Both the position numbers and the translations under genes were made by a program. A model generated the notes under the pieces. That model ran no database searches. It saw only the letters and a list, made by a program, of their open reading frames with translations, and was not told the DNA's origin. A DNA stretch of 62,849 bases, the filler included, from Choristocarpus tenellus KU-1152 (taxonomy: Eukaryota > Protista > Phaeophyceae): NCBI GenBank assembly GCA_964200185.2. It is 8 parts of 8 records of this genome, joined end to end, with 100 filler letters (N's around TTAATTAATTAA, not from the genome) between each part and the next. Parts side by side here need not be neighbours in the genome. Positions count along the whole stretch, not along the records: positions 1 to 5,827 come from CAXNAD020009655.1; positions 5,928 to 11,750 come from CAXNAD020009671.1; positions 11,851 to 24,391 come from CAXNAD020001802.1; 5 more parts are not named here. One strand, written 5' to 3'. This document shows, piece by piece, positions 1 to 12,286 of this stretch (the first letter of the stretch is position 1; each line of letters starts with the position of its first letter).

Positions 1-631
1 ATGAAAAACACATTCTTAAAAAAAAAAAAGACCAAGAAAGTGACCCCCCCCCCCCCCCCCCTCTTTTCGATGTTGTGGAAAGATGCATATCCAATATTGG
101 TGTAACAATGTTTTAATAGCAGCAGGACCAATATTTGCTGGCGAGGCAGGCGGGCGCGAAGGCAGGCGTGCAGGCGTGCAGGCAGGCAAGCAGGCGAGGG
201 CCTCACAAGCAGGATTTTGAGACATTTGATTTGTATTGAATTTGAGATTAAAAGATTAGTGAACTTTCCCTCTTAGCCACCCATGCATTTCCAAGGAAGA
301 AATAGCCCTGCCCCTGAAAAAAAGAAGTGTTTCAATTTCGATTATATCAGACCCTAACAAAGACGAGCATAAGGACGGTAAAATATACCAGTAGTCCCAG
401 GTACAGCACCAACCTGATCGCTGGCAGCTTTTGCAAGGCACAGCCAATAGCCCCCTAGCATTGAAACTCTCCAACAGTCAAGAGGCAGCAGAAAAAATCA
501 CAAACAAAATCCTCCGAAAGTTATAAAATATGACCTTATCCTTAATCCCCCCCTCCCCCCTCACACACACATAAAATCAACCTCCAAGCGGCAGAAATAC
601 CAGCAAAGGCACCAAAGACCAATAGACTCAC

Positions 632-2620
632 CAGGGCATTCCCCTTGACCCATTGCACTGCCTCTCCCCAAGCCCCTACCCCTTCGGGAGCTCCCTTTCG
701 ACTGAGAGCGATCACATTACATCCCTTTGCCAGGAGCTTCTCCGGGGAGGGGAAGCGGGAGAAGGGTATAGATGAGAGAAGTTGCACAGTGACGTTTATC
801 AAGAAGTTCAAGACTAGTCGGTGCCATAGGACACGATGTTTGGGGGTTCGTCCCTTGGAAGTACCTCTATCTGAACATGAGTTGGGTGGGGAAACCTTTC
901 AACTTTTTTCCCAATAGTTTTGAGCAGAAGCAATTTAATCTTCTTTCTCTCAGCACGCAAGGAACAATCAGAGCTGCACTGAGGTTGAGCTGTCAAAATG
1001 GTTATCTGTTCAGTTGTAGCTGTACTGCTTCCACCAACTTGGGCATAGGCATTTTAAGGGGCTAGTGGAGGAAGGAGTCAAGTCGGTGGAAGCTCTTGCT
1101 CCAAGGTACCATCCCCCAGCCCCCCCCTCCCCTAAACACATATCAGTCTAATTTTCCCAAGAAATGAAACATTACTGCACACATTGAGCAGTGACAATCA
1201 CAATAGTCCTGGATGTACTCTTCTTAATGGTTCAAAAATGGCACACTACACACCTGCTGTAGAGATTGCTTTCAACAACATAGAGGCACTTCTATTTAGA
1301 CTATTGTGAGACAGGTTAGTTTTACCCTACTATTGAGCTGCTGTCATGACAGTAATCCAACATAGTACTAGAAGAACCTTTGGTTCGGATATTTAGTTTA
1401 TTGGGTTGCCTGAAAGAGCAGTGCCCTGAAGCTACCATCCATTGGATTATGACCGAACACCTCTAAGTCAGAATCCATCTCCCTCCCTGTTTCTGTAATC
1501 AACGTCAATTGACACATAGCACATCCCTACCTCATCACGAGTAATCACAAAGGACCTTGTCATAGCAGCACAATAAACTCTCAGGTACTCAGTGAATCAA
1601 AGACTTCATTCAGGAGAACCTACATACTATCCAGGCATATTCTCAACATAAAATGCCCTTTCGCTGTCCTCATATTCAAGCTTGGAATACTGGAGCACAA
1701 TAATATATCATAGAAGCACAACAGTAGTTGCTTTCATTCGTGATTTCGAGAGCATGGCAAAGTAGAACTCGAATTACTATGTAGCGTATGCCATACGAAA
1801 AAAGCTCTTAAGGAGCGAAACTGATAGACGAGTAAGCTGTATCTGTGGACACGGAATATGCCTTCTACCATCGATTATCCCTACATTCTATACATTCTAG
1901 TTGTAGCAACCGGTGGGGGGCAGAGGATGCAGCGAAATGCAGGTCTGTTCGCAGGAGTTTGAGGAGTGACTCAGTTCAATCTAACTGGGATTAAGTATGT
2001 CGAAAAGTTTTTAGGCATACGAAATATCTGTTTCATAGGGCCCTACTACCACACCTGCTGGCAAACCTCTCTGCCCACAAACCCAGAACCGCCTGCCACA
2101 AATATAGTGGGTGTCGGCGTAGGTGCCAACGATGTTTCCTCTGCCTCCATCTTCGTTGGTGCCGCTGGTTCCGTTGGCAAGGGTACTTCTGTAAATTCGG
2201 CATCCTCAGGTAGCGCTGAAAGGTGCGGTCTGAAGATAAGAGAAGGGAAAGATCCTGAGGTTGGCGAGGGAATGACAAGAACCTACCAGGGGAGTAGTAC
2301 ATATTCCAATCACATGTTGATCGTCATGGAACATCCACACCTCCATATTTATCTTTAAGACAAAGTTTTGGACAAATGAATATTTTGGGGCCATATGTTT
2401 AACTTTGATCACAAGAAAATCCACCCCTTTGCTTTCTGTTCCGCCGTTTTAGCACCCACATCATGCGCTCGCCATTTTGGTACCCCCTTGTACAAGCAGC
2501 TATTGGCAACGAGCACGCTGTGTTCAAGATGTTAGGCACCGCCACAAAAGACTTCACTGACGGCATTAATGCAAAGAGGGTCGATGCGCCCATCGCAAGG
2601 CACCTTCTCGAGATCGTCAT
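632..2620 (-). CDS. Plastid-targeted NAD(P)-binding Rossmann-fold protein (epimerase/dehydratase-like), 5' exons; 3' end not identified
   Basis: Exon 1 is 2620 to ~2460/2484 (MTISRRCLAMGASTLFALMPSVKS-FVAVP, signal peptide + F, ASAFAP-like). Exon 2 is 2229-2055 (...PTIFVAGGSGFVGREVCQQ, GxxGxxG). Exon 3 is 736-632 (LLAKGCNVIALSRKGAP...VQWVKGNAL). GT-AG sites are phase-compatible. Confidence 0.85.
1295..1478 (+). pseudogene. Degenerate 28S (LSU) rRNA 3'-region fragment inside an intron
   Basis: Recognisable conserved LSU tracts GTGAGACAGGTTAGTTTTACCCTACT and GGATTATGACCGAACACCTCTAAGTCAGAATCCAT. The sarcin-ricin loop AGTACGAGAGGAAC is altered to AGTACTAGAAGAAC. Confidence 0.9.
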
Positions 2621-3382
2621 GTTCCCCAATCCTTAGCAACACAAGATGAGGTCTTGTAGGTGCTGACTGGTGTTACTGGAAGGCGTTTTAAAAGTACACC
2701 AACCGTTACAAAGATCGACCTAAGACCAAGTCCCCTAAGACGAAAGATCAGATGGTGGAAACTCGAAATCGACCCCGGGGAACCCCGAATCTCGCCCTTG
2801 TAGCCAAAGCATACCAGGTTGAAAGATCTACTTGACGTACACCCCAAGTGTCGAGGACCTCGCTCTGGTCTAGATAGGTCGGTAAAAAGCAATTGGAATT
2901 GTCCGCAGGAATGAATTCTTCCACTAGATCGGAAGTGAGGAATTGTAGTGTGTCCAAATTTGGAGTCAAGCACTCATGTTCCTGGTCTCTCAGGGTAAGA
3001 AATGAGGAGGACTAAAACATGCTACTGATCAAAATTTGTCTTCCCTTTTGTTGTTGTTCAGCCTTTTGGGTAGATCACCATTCCCGAGAGAGCAATAGCA
3101 CATATATTGCACTCACTTGAACCCGGGTCGGGTTCTATTGCTTAGCCTTTGTCGCTCTCCCACACTACCACCCATATTGTCTAGATAGGCACGAACTGCA
3201 GCGCAGAAAATTCATAGATAACCTGCAGCTGCCTACATAAACTATTCCCTGTCACAGCACAACTCTACCTCCAAGACTATTCCATCTTCTCAAGGATCCC
3301 TTCCTTCTCTCCCCAACCATGTCGAACATCTACCATCCATACGCGTATCCCTCCTTCTCCGACTCCACTTAATAAAGAGGTT
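2621..3382. promoter_or_regulatory. Candidate bidirectional promoter region
   Basis: 762 bp between divergent ATGs (2620 minus, 3383 plus). Inferred from position only. Confidence 0.4.
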
Positions 3383-3988
3383 ATGGCCACAGGCGTCAAC
3401 CGTCCACTGTCGAGTGAAGGTCGGCTCCAGCAACACCTCGGGGCAAGTGGTGGGGAGGTAGCGAGATCGGACACCACACTCCTTTTTCCTGTAACTCCCC
3501 TACCTGCAGCAGGTGCCCAACCTCATGCCAGTGGAAATACAACCTTATATTGCGAGGAGGTAGGAAAGATTGATGAGTTTGGGGCACAGACAAGGTATGG
3601 GACAAGGACAAATCACGACTATGCTCCTGAAGAAGTAGGGCATGCTCTGACAGGGAACGGGGAGGGTCAAAAATGCCAAGATGGAGGCAAGGGTGGCAAG
3701 GGGAGTAATGCAGAGGTTGGCGGGGTAAAGAGGGGAGGTCCAACCACCACTGCTGGAGATGGTACAGGGAGGAGGCGGCAACGACGAACAAAGGCGTCAA
3801 CATCTCTTAGCTCCACTTCCGAATCACACATGGGAGACAGTGGAGGGAAGCAAACAGCCAGGGGGTCAGGGCGAGGGGGAACAGAGGAACACAAATTCAG
3901 GATGTGGGCAGGACAGAGCAATATTCTTGTAGCCGTTCGACTAAGACCTCTGTTGAAACATGACAGGGAGCAGGTGGAAGTTGCCAAG
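3383..3988 (+). CDS. Kinesin (probably kinesin-8-like), first exon
   Basis: Low-complexity N-terminus, then motor-domain start SNILVAVRLRPL, ending at donor AAG|GTAAGT. Later exons not found on this contig. Confidence 0.75.
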
Positions 3989-5598
3989 GTAAGTGCAGAG
4001 GCATCTGCTGGGATGTGGTAATTGGAAAGGAAGTATGGCCCTCGGGCTGGCAATTGATTTGTCCTTTGGTTGGACAATTATGACATTCATTGCTACACCT
4101 TTGAACATTTGTTGCTGCCTCAAAGATCAATTTTGAACGTATGAGCTGGAATAATAGTGGAAAAGATTTGCCTGAGGTTAATTCTGTAGCTGACAACTGT
4201 CCTATTAAGGTACCTTACTAGCACTGTGGTTGTGCACTCCAGAGTTAAGTTCTACTCAAATTTTCAGTGGGAAAATATTACTAAAAGGTCAGGGAATTGT
4301 TTGCTGGCAGCCTTGGCATAGTACTCCATTACAAACATTGGGGATTCCCAAATCACTGTAGAGAATTAGAAGAGAGGTGCAGGTACTGATTGCCCGGCGC
4401 TGATACCTAATACCAACCATGCTATATTCAACATTGCTTTATTGCTTTGAATATCAAAACAAGCTGTCGATGTTTATATTGTACTCACAGAATGATGCAA
4501 TAGCATGTAGTAACAAAGCTTAATGAGAGGGAAGAAGAACTGCATAGAAGTGCCGCAGTAAGTTTGGACAGGACTGTAGACGGTACTGTGCTGTGCAATG
4601 ATCCCTTACAAAGCATTATTATCGTGGAAGGAGTGTCTGGCACACTGTTTCATGTAGCAAATAGTGCGGCACTATAGTTGGGAGGGTGAATCTAGGTAGT
4701 CAGAGGGTGACACAAACGTAACAATGACTGCTGAGCAATGTGGAGATTAGGGATACTAATCTCAAGCTGGGACTCTGTAGTAATAGCAATCACAGTAGTA
4801 ATAGTTGTAGCAGGAATAGGGATAGGAATTGGAGTATAGGGATAGTATATTATATAATAATAATTGTGAGTCAAGAATGGGAATCCAAATATTTAGGAGG
4901 GGGGGAGATAGAGGATGCACGACAAACGAACAAAGATAATTTGTTGGTGTATATTTTGCTATTCATAAGCATTCCCCCCCCCCCCCCCCCCCCCCCCTCA
5001 AATGTTGGCGCGCCCCAACGGGGGCCCCCTCACTATACCCGCGATCTTTTTGGGGGGCAAGGNNNNNNNNNNAAGAAAAAAAAATATTTTTGTGGGTTTT
5101 TTTTTGCTTTCCAAAGACTTCCCCCCCCCCCCCCCCTTTAACGTTGAAATGGTGCCTGCGACACAGTGGTCCCTCTAGAGACTGCTCAAGTCTTTGTGAA
5201 TGGGAAATGCACAATACACACAGGGTCACTGCAGTTCAAAACAACAAGTAGAAACAACCTACTACTTAGATGCACCGGAACACATAGGATAGTGACAGGT
5301 TTGGGGGTTGAAATAAGGTAGGGGTGGAGGTTGATTGCCAAGGTTAGGGCTGAGGGAGTTGGGATGCAGTTAAATACTTCTTAGAAAATTTCACACTGAT
5401 GAAAAAGACTTATCTGAGAAGATGGCATCCCTCCCCAGAGTAACTGTCGCCCAAGCAAGTACCGTGAAGGGGCATGGGGGTGCTCTCTCTGGCCACCTTT
5501 CATGTGGTAATATGAGTACTGCCTTCATATGGTAGAGTCTCTATGACAGATGAGGCATTTAAAGTAACACAGCTAGTAGTGGGGCCTCCAGAGCTCAT

Positions 5599-5777
5599 GG
5601 CTCAAAGTATCTGAGGGTGTGTGGTGGCTGTCCATCTGGGGCCAATTTTTTCCATGTTGCAATTTTTGGGAGATTTGGTTGCATACGTTGGATGGATAAT
5701 GTAAGTGCACTTTTTTTGGTTATGGTCCAGATAGAAACCCTGGTGTTGAACCCCCCCCCCCCCCCCATACTTTGGGT
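5599..5777 (+). mobile_element. MITE family B copy
   Basis: GGCTCAAAGTATCTG...CATACTTTGGGT termini. Internal sequence shared with copies at 15072, 34422, 35386, 39459, 53377 and 62668. Confidence 0.85.
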
Positions 5778-5827
5778 GGATTGGCCTTTCTACGAATACA
5801 AACCCGACAGGCACAATAGTCGAAGCC

Positions 5828-5927
5828 NNNNNNNNNNNNNNNNNNNNNNNNNNNNNNNNNNNNNNNNNNNNTTAATTAATTAANNNNNNNNNNNNNNNNN
5901 NNNNNNNNNNNNNNNNNNNNNNNNNNN
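5828..5927. other. Artificial contig linker N44-TTAATTAATTAA-N44 (also 11751-11850, 24392-24491, 35510-35609, 39627-39726, 53603-53702, 57999-58098)
   Basis: Seven identical 100-bp blocks whose core puts stops in all six frames. Confidence 0.98.
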
Positions 5928-6160
5928 CTCGTCCATTTGGGGGCCAAAATCCAATGTTGCGATTTTGATGTAATATTGGCTATCATGTTTGTTGGGAAGT
6001 GTCAATATCCTTGTTCCGGACACACCTTTTCATGGTGTATACATTTTACCTACTCCAAAACATTTTGGAGTAGGAAAATGTCATAAAAATACGCCTTGGG
6101 AAGTCAAGCCCCAAATGGACAAACAGAGAAAAACTCGTACCCTTTAAGATACTTTCACTC
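5928..6160 (+). mobile_element. MITE family A copy (left end lost in gap)
   Basis: Ends AAGATACTTTCACTC. Internal palindrome CCTACTCCAAAA-CA-TTTTGGAGTAGG. Matches copies at 24318, 33553, 35610, 52344 and 52950. Confidence 0.85.
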
Positions 6161-6843
6161 ACCCTCTAAGATGCTTTCGCTCAGCTCCAGAAGTGAACAA
6201 GATATTTTTACGAAATCTGCACAAAAATAGTTATACTGTAGATGGCGCTTGAATTTTGTGTGATCTTGAGTGTTCTCTTGCCTGCTTGGTTGAGCTTAAT
6301 TATTTCCACCACAGCATGAGAAATGTTTGCTTCAGACCAGCATTCAACTTCGCTAGGATGTGGACAAGTCTTGGATATTGTTTGCAAAAAATGAATTAAT
6401 TGCCCTCCTTCTTTCTGACCACTTCCCCTTGGCTTGGTAAAATCTTAGGAACGGCAGATATTGTCTATTGGAATTTATTCCAAGTGAAGAGCATCCTTTA
6501 TTTGACTTGCTGCTGCTCGACCTGTTGCATTGGTTTTGCATGAAAATGAAGCGGTGCACTGCTTACTGTTTCCTCTCACTCTATTTACTTGGATGATCAG
6601 TTGCAACAAAACGTGAGCATTTTGTGAGGCTTGGGTACATGGGTGGGCGGGTAGGGAGGTCACGCCTCTCTCAAGTGTACGCATCTTTAAATTTCTTGTT
6701 GGTGTTATCTTCACCTGAAGTGGGGATGTCTGACAACAGTTTCAGCGATCCATAGCGGTTGTAGCTATAGTGACAACATTCTTGCTGCCACTCTATACAT
6801 GCACAGAATCTACAACTGAAATATTTCTTTGAATTATTGAATA

Positions 6844-9800
6844 ATGATGTTCAGGGAATGGAACTCCACAAGGTTAAGAACATCCAAGATATCTAGGAAT
6901 TCCACATATATCTTGACAACTCTTGCTACTCTGCATGATTGCGTTGCATCGCCTCCCAACCCTAACCCTAACTAAAAACTCGAGCTATAGAGCAGAATGG
7001 CTCCCTCATCTATTTGGGTTCCGAAGAATCTGTTGGGGGAACTGTACGTGTTAAAGGGTCTCTGTGCCTGTGCTCTAATTTACATATTTTCATCTATACA
7101 TCTTTTTTTCTCCTCCTATCCAATAATGAAGCATCCATTCTTAGGGTTTCTTCATGTAATTCCAAAGGCTCTTGGTGGGGGTTACCTGGATGTGGGGCTA
7201 TGAAAATGAAGTACCAGGCACTACATATAAGCCCAGCAATAACCAAATACCCCAAAGCCACCGCCCCTCTCAAAGATATTTTATCTCTGTGTACTGTCTC
7301 AACAAATATTACGCAGTTCCTTCATTACTTGTTATCTTCTTTCAATTTGGGTGTCAATTTGATGGGGAGGCAGGTGTCGCCATTACTTCATTAGTGACAC
7401 TGAACATGATGAAATGATAGCATGGAGGCAAGCAAAAGATTCCCAGGCGGAGGTTTGTGTCCTAAGGTGGGTGTACGTTCTGATTGCTGAGCAGCAAGGA
7501 GTGTAAGCATGTATGTGGATGATTGCTATGTGGCACATTATGTTTTTCACATGGAGTGCAGGTGAGAAAGTGGTGAACCCTAACCTTGGCATGATCAGTC
7601 GGATGAGAATCGTTCCGAAACGGATGAAAAAACGTACTGTTAGACAACTTTTTTCAATTTGACCATCCTTTTTTAGATGTACTCAGGATTTTCCGATAGC
7701 ATGTAGCTTTAGATGGCACTCTATGTGTGGTCTTGTGAAACTACATCACGCAGCAAACAATTCACACACTACTAAATTGTAAAAAGTTGATATGGAGAAC
7801 TCGACACAGTCCGGTAGGTTTCTATAATTTTGTTAAAACTGCAGTAGAAATATTTTTCGGGGATACCGTTCTGAGCTTCTCATCCTTTTCAAAAGGTCAA
7901 CTGAAAAATAATACTTGATATGTTCTCCCCTGCTTTTGCTGAACCCCCTTTGACATTCAACATATATCTGGTCCACAAAATGGGCGAGAGAGCAGTGTTT
8001 CTGGGGTTTACAAAGGTCAATGGCAGTTTGTCCAGACTTTTGAGAACCTTACTAATACTAGGGTAGTATGAGGAGTACTCGGCAATAGGGGCACCCCCAT
8101 GGTTTGGTGGATGAGACCTTCTTTACCTCTATGATACATGATACAGACCCACTTGTAGTGTAAGATCAGAAGGCTCGCCGTCATTATCGTGTGACCCTTC
8201 ATCCAGCTGATTGGGGTCTGCTTCTCCTCCACTGTCATGGTTATGTAGATTTTCTCCACTGGTTTACTCATTCTTCACTCAAGCAAGTGAGAGCATTGGA
8301 GATGGGGCCATTGCTTGCTGTCTCTAGTAAACCCTCAATCGTTACCCCAACATTTTGACCTATCACAGGAGGACATTAATCTTCAAACTTGCACCTGCTT
8401 AGAAAAGTCACTTTGTGTTGTAAATCACAGTGATTTCAATCGGGTAGATTCATGTAATCGAAGAACACTTGAGGTTGCAGCGAAAACCTTTTGGTAGGGC
8501 ACTTTTTTCACCATCATGTGTGGACTGACCAATCCGTTTTGAATTTCTTGCAGCACTTGGCGTTTCCTTATGGTCACCTTGCTTTGTACGATATCGCACT
8601 CTCTTCCTAGGTCCAGTCAAATCAAACTGAAGTTATTTCAGGTAAACTAATTAAACATTCTAACTCGTCCATTTTCACAGCGCTACTTTTTAGTCAAGAT
8701 CGAGGATTGCTAGAGTGAGGGGAACACATCCTATATTGCCCTTGAAGGCAGTACAGAAGTACAACAAATGTTTGAAACGTCTGCTCCAAATTGATACCCA
8801 TTGATGAACAAGGCATGGACCGATACTTCAAAGCAACAAGTAATCCACTCAGCTGAACCCTAAATGGAAACAATCTACTGATTGCCAATCTGTAGCTGAG
8901 GGTTAACAAGTGATTACTTGGACTGGTCTTGTATATACTAAGCGATCAAGCACTCGGTCAAGGTACTTGGTTGTCTTGGCCATTATTCTCTAGAGTGCTA
9001 GTGATTGAGAGCACCAAGAAGGTATCGATATTCTCTTTTAAAATATATATGTTCGCCATCCCCAGTTGTGCTGGTCAATCTACCTTGTCTTCGGACAGAG
9101 CTTTCCTGGAAAGTTGTGTTGATTCATTCTGCATCTCTCCTCCAATAATACTAACTCCATACAAGACAAACACATTTCTGTGTTATTAGGGTTAGGGTCA
9201 AGGTATTTCACCACAAGCACACATTGTTGAGAACTTCGAAAACATGCTTACTGGTTGAGTATTCAGGTAAACCAAGGAAAATCCATTTCTGTTTTTTGAG
9301 CTTTTTACCCACCCCACTCTAAAAAAATAAAATAAAACGTGAATCAATATATCTTATTGACTCCTCTTTCTATTGGACAGGTGCATAGCAAGGAGGGAGG
9401 AGGTGTTAGAGGAGGCAAGAAAGGAGGCATCTCTATGTTCCAAGAATTTTCTTATGTCCATCTCAACCGATGTTCGAGAACAAGATGTGGGCATGCTTCT
9501 TGATGTTCTGGATCAGGTGGGCTGCAGACCTCCACACTATCCCTAACACAATGCCTTTTCTTGAGTCATTCCTTGATCTAGGACAAATTCACATAATGGA
9601 CTCAATGCTTCATAACAAGCTGTTCAATTGGTCTGAATTTGTTTGTTGCAATACATTTCTTTCTCCTCAGTATGTCTCCCTCCTCTTCTTCAAGCAATTG
9701 CGCATTGCTAATTTCTTTTTTCTTCACAGTATTTTTGATTTATTTAATATATTTTACGTTAATTCCACCAAACACTATCTCCGTTGTGGATTTTTCAAAT

Positions 9801-10907
9801 CGATAGAATAATCCAACATGTTCCAGAAACATAGTTGCTTCTTGGTACAACGGACATTTCTCAGCCTACTTGACAGGAGCAGCCCCATGCTCTGGAGTCC
9901 TACATTGATGCACCAAAAACACTCTGTTCCTACATAATAGTGGTTCTGTGTGCTTTCATTTTTGTTTTCATGGCCTTGTCTTTCAAGGTTGTTTAGTTGG
10001 TTCGCATTTTCAAGAAGGTCAGCTGAGTGTAATTGGCATCCAATGTCATTCACCGTATAAGAAAGAGCAAATCACTATATGATCCGGAGTGTGCAGCGAA
10101 CTATAGGCTACCCAGGGCATTTTGAGCTTTTCAAATCAAGCTTCATATTATCTCCTATTCTGTGCGATGAGGTAGAATCAATCCAGAATGTGCAATAGCA
10201 CTTTCAAGCAGATTGAATAGATTCAATTGAAACTGAGTGCTTGCTAGGGGCTTCCTAACTTCGAATGATTGATAAGGAGAGTGAAAAGACGATATAGCAT
10301 ATACTATGCATTGCATCAGAGAGACCTCACGAGTATTCCTCGGTGTTCCCCTTGTCCATATTGAAATGATCATCTGACTTCACACTCCTCTTCACTCTTT
10401 CCATTTTCAATGAATTTGAAGTTGCGCTTGGTCACAGTTGAGGTACTAGAGGCCATAGACAATTGGCGGAAGGACAAGGGACCTTCATGCCTAAGGGTCG
10501 TTTCGAGTAACACCAAAAAACTCAACAGTAGAATCGAAACAGGTCTAGGAAGGAAACTAGAGGGAGACATTTGTTTGCCTGAGGATAAGAGCGTCGGGTC
10601 AAATGGCGACTTGGACATGGAATCAACTGCTTCAGCAGTTTCGGGCAAATCAAAAACCCAGACACAGACCACAGATACATCTGGAACAAAAAACATCCTT
10701 GCTAAAAGGGCAGAGGAACAGCTGAGGACGTCCAAACGTAACATGGATGACCGTACAGCTGATTGTGAAGATGAAGCATATGAGGGCAGATGGGCAGTCA
10801 GCCTTTCTGTACCTGGTCGTAGATTGTATGACTCATCCCCTGCAGTTGTATCACAGTACAAGCGGTTCAGGCGTAGCAGGCAGCCACCAAAGATAGCGAG
10901 GGACCAG
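6844..10907 (+). CDS. Uncharacterised protein, 5' exons (3' end missing)
   Basis: Phase-consistent exons 6844-6872 (tentative), 7395-7466, 9381-9516 and 10422-10907 give ...AEVCVLRCIARREEVLEE...LLDVLDQLRLVTVEVLEAIDNWR... Confidence 0.7.
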
Positions 10908-11623
10908 GTGTGTTGCGTGCATTGTTCCAGTAGAGCTTAGGGTCAGGTTTACATGAGGTGATGCCAAGAATTGATGTCAAGCAACAAACGATTTTTTTCT
11001 CAAGTAGGTTTGTTTTGGCGTTTTTTCAACACGTTTCATGCTTCACCTCTACTGATATCACACAGATCATTGGGGTTAGGGTAAGGGATAGGGTTTGATT
11101 ATTTTTTCCTTCCTTGTGTTACGAGGAATGCATAGCAGTGGTATGATGCCGTCATGTCAATGTCATGAACGACATCCCTTTTCATCCATTTATTGAACCA
11201 GAACTACTCTGGATCAACCCTCAACCCTGTCAATACGGGTCATGATTTCACATCACTATTAACACATGCCAAATTTCCCTCACAGAGAGTGGTGATGACA
11301 ATCACAACACACGGACATATATCATGCACATAATTTCCTACAGTTTTGTGGTTCATGAAGATAACATGCATGCTCATATGGAAGTGGTGAATCTTCTTAT
11401 TGCTGCGCTACCTAGAGGAAAATAGTTAAGTCTGGCAGTTTCATAAATTTTATCCCTAGCACGTATTTGACAATCCTTGGGCCTACCGTGCGTGTTGGGT
11501 ACAGCTTTACCTTGGGGTCTTCAAAACAAAATCCAGAGCCATCCAGGCATATGATGATGCCATCTCAAGAGAAGCAATCAAGCAAAGATCCTCAGTTATA
11601 CGCATGCCGAAGAAAAGGTAAGA

Positions 11624-11750
11624 ACTATATCACAACTAGGTGTACTATATCACAACTAGGTGTATTATACCACAACTAGGTGTACTATACCACAACTAGG
11701 TGTACTATACCACAACTAGGTGTACTATACCACAACTAGGTGTACTATAC
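11624..11750. repeat. 20-bp minisatellite (CACAACTAGGTGTACTATAC)n
   Basis: At least 6 near-perfect tandem units running into the gap. Confidence 0.95.
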
Positions 11751-12286
11751 NNNNNNNNNNNNNNNNNNNNNNNNNNNNNNNNNNNNNNNNNNNNTTAATT
11801 AATTAANNNNNNNNNNNNNNNNNNNNNNNNNNNNNNNNNNNNNNNNNNNNCAATGCCAAGGCAGGTTTCTAGGTCAGTGTTTTGGCCTGTGCACGCCGTT
11901 GACCCTATCTTTTGCGTTGGTACTCTCTGTGATGACACTTGACAAAACCGATCTGATACTTTGGATTTATGCCCACCAACCTGAAGGGTGAAGGACTGAA
12001 GGTCAGACAGAAGATGGTTTGTATTCCTTGCTTATTTCACCGTCTTCCTCTACCCCCCCCCCCCCCCCCCCCCCCCACAAAAAACACACCTATTTCTTCT
12101 TTTTTTTTTTAAATTTTTTTATTCATGATGAAAACGCGNNNNNNNNNNCCCCCTCCTAAAAAAAGAAAAGTCTATCTTGTTCCTTTCATGATTATCAAAG
12201 TTGCTAGATCACTGTTTGGCATGACATAGCTCAACATGACAGTTACAAAAACATCTTCGATTGTTGTTTGTTTTTTACATGAAAAG

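Noticed and set aside
1295-1478. Functional rRNA gene
   Set aside because: Only ~185 bp, the invariant sarcin-ricin loop is mutated, and there is no flanking rDNA.
7595-7640. Hammerhead ribozyme-like GGATGAG...CGAAAC
   Set aside because: Core deviates from CUGANGA and stem II does not pair properly.
6200-8600. Coding-looking minus-strand stretches at about 6200-6720 and 8000-8600
   Set aside because: Multiple stops and no recognisable motif; probably old TE debris that I cannot assign.
11624-11750. CRISPR-like array
   Set aside because: Contiguous tandem units with no spacers, no cas genes, eukaryotic context.
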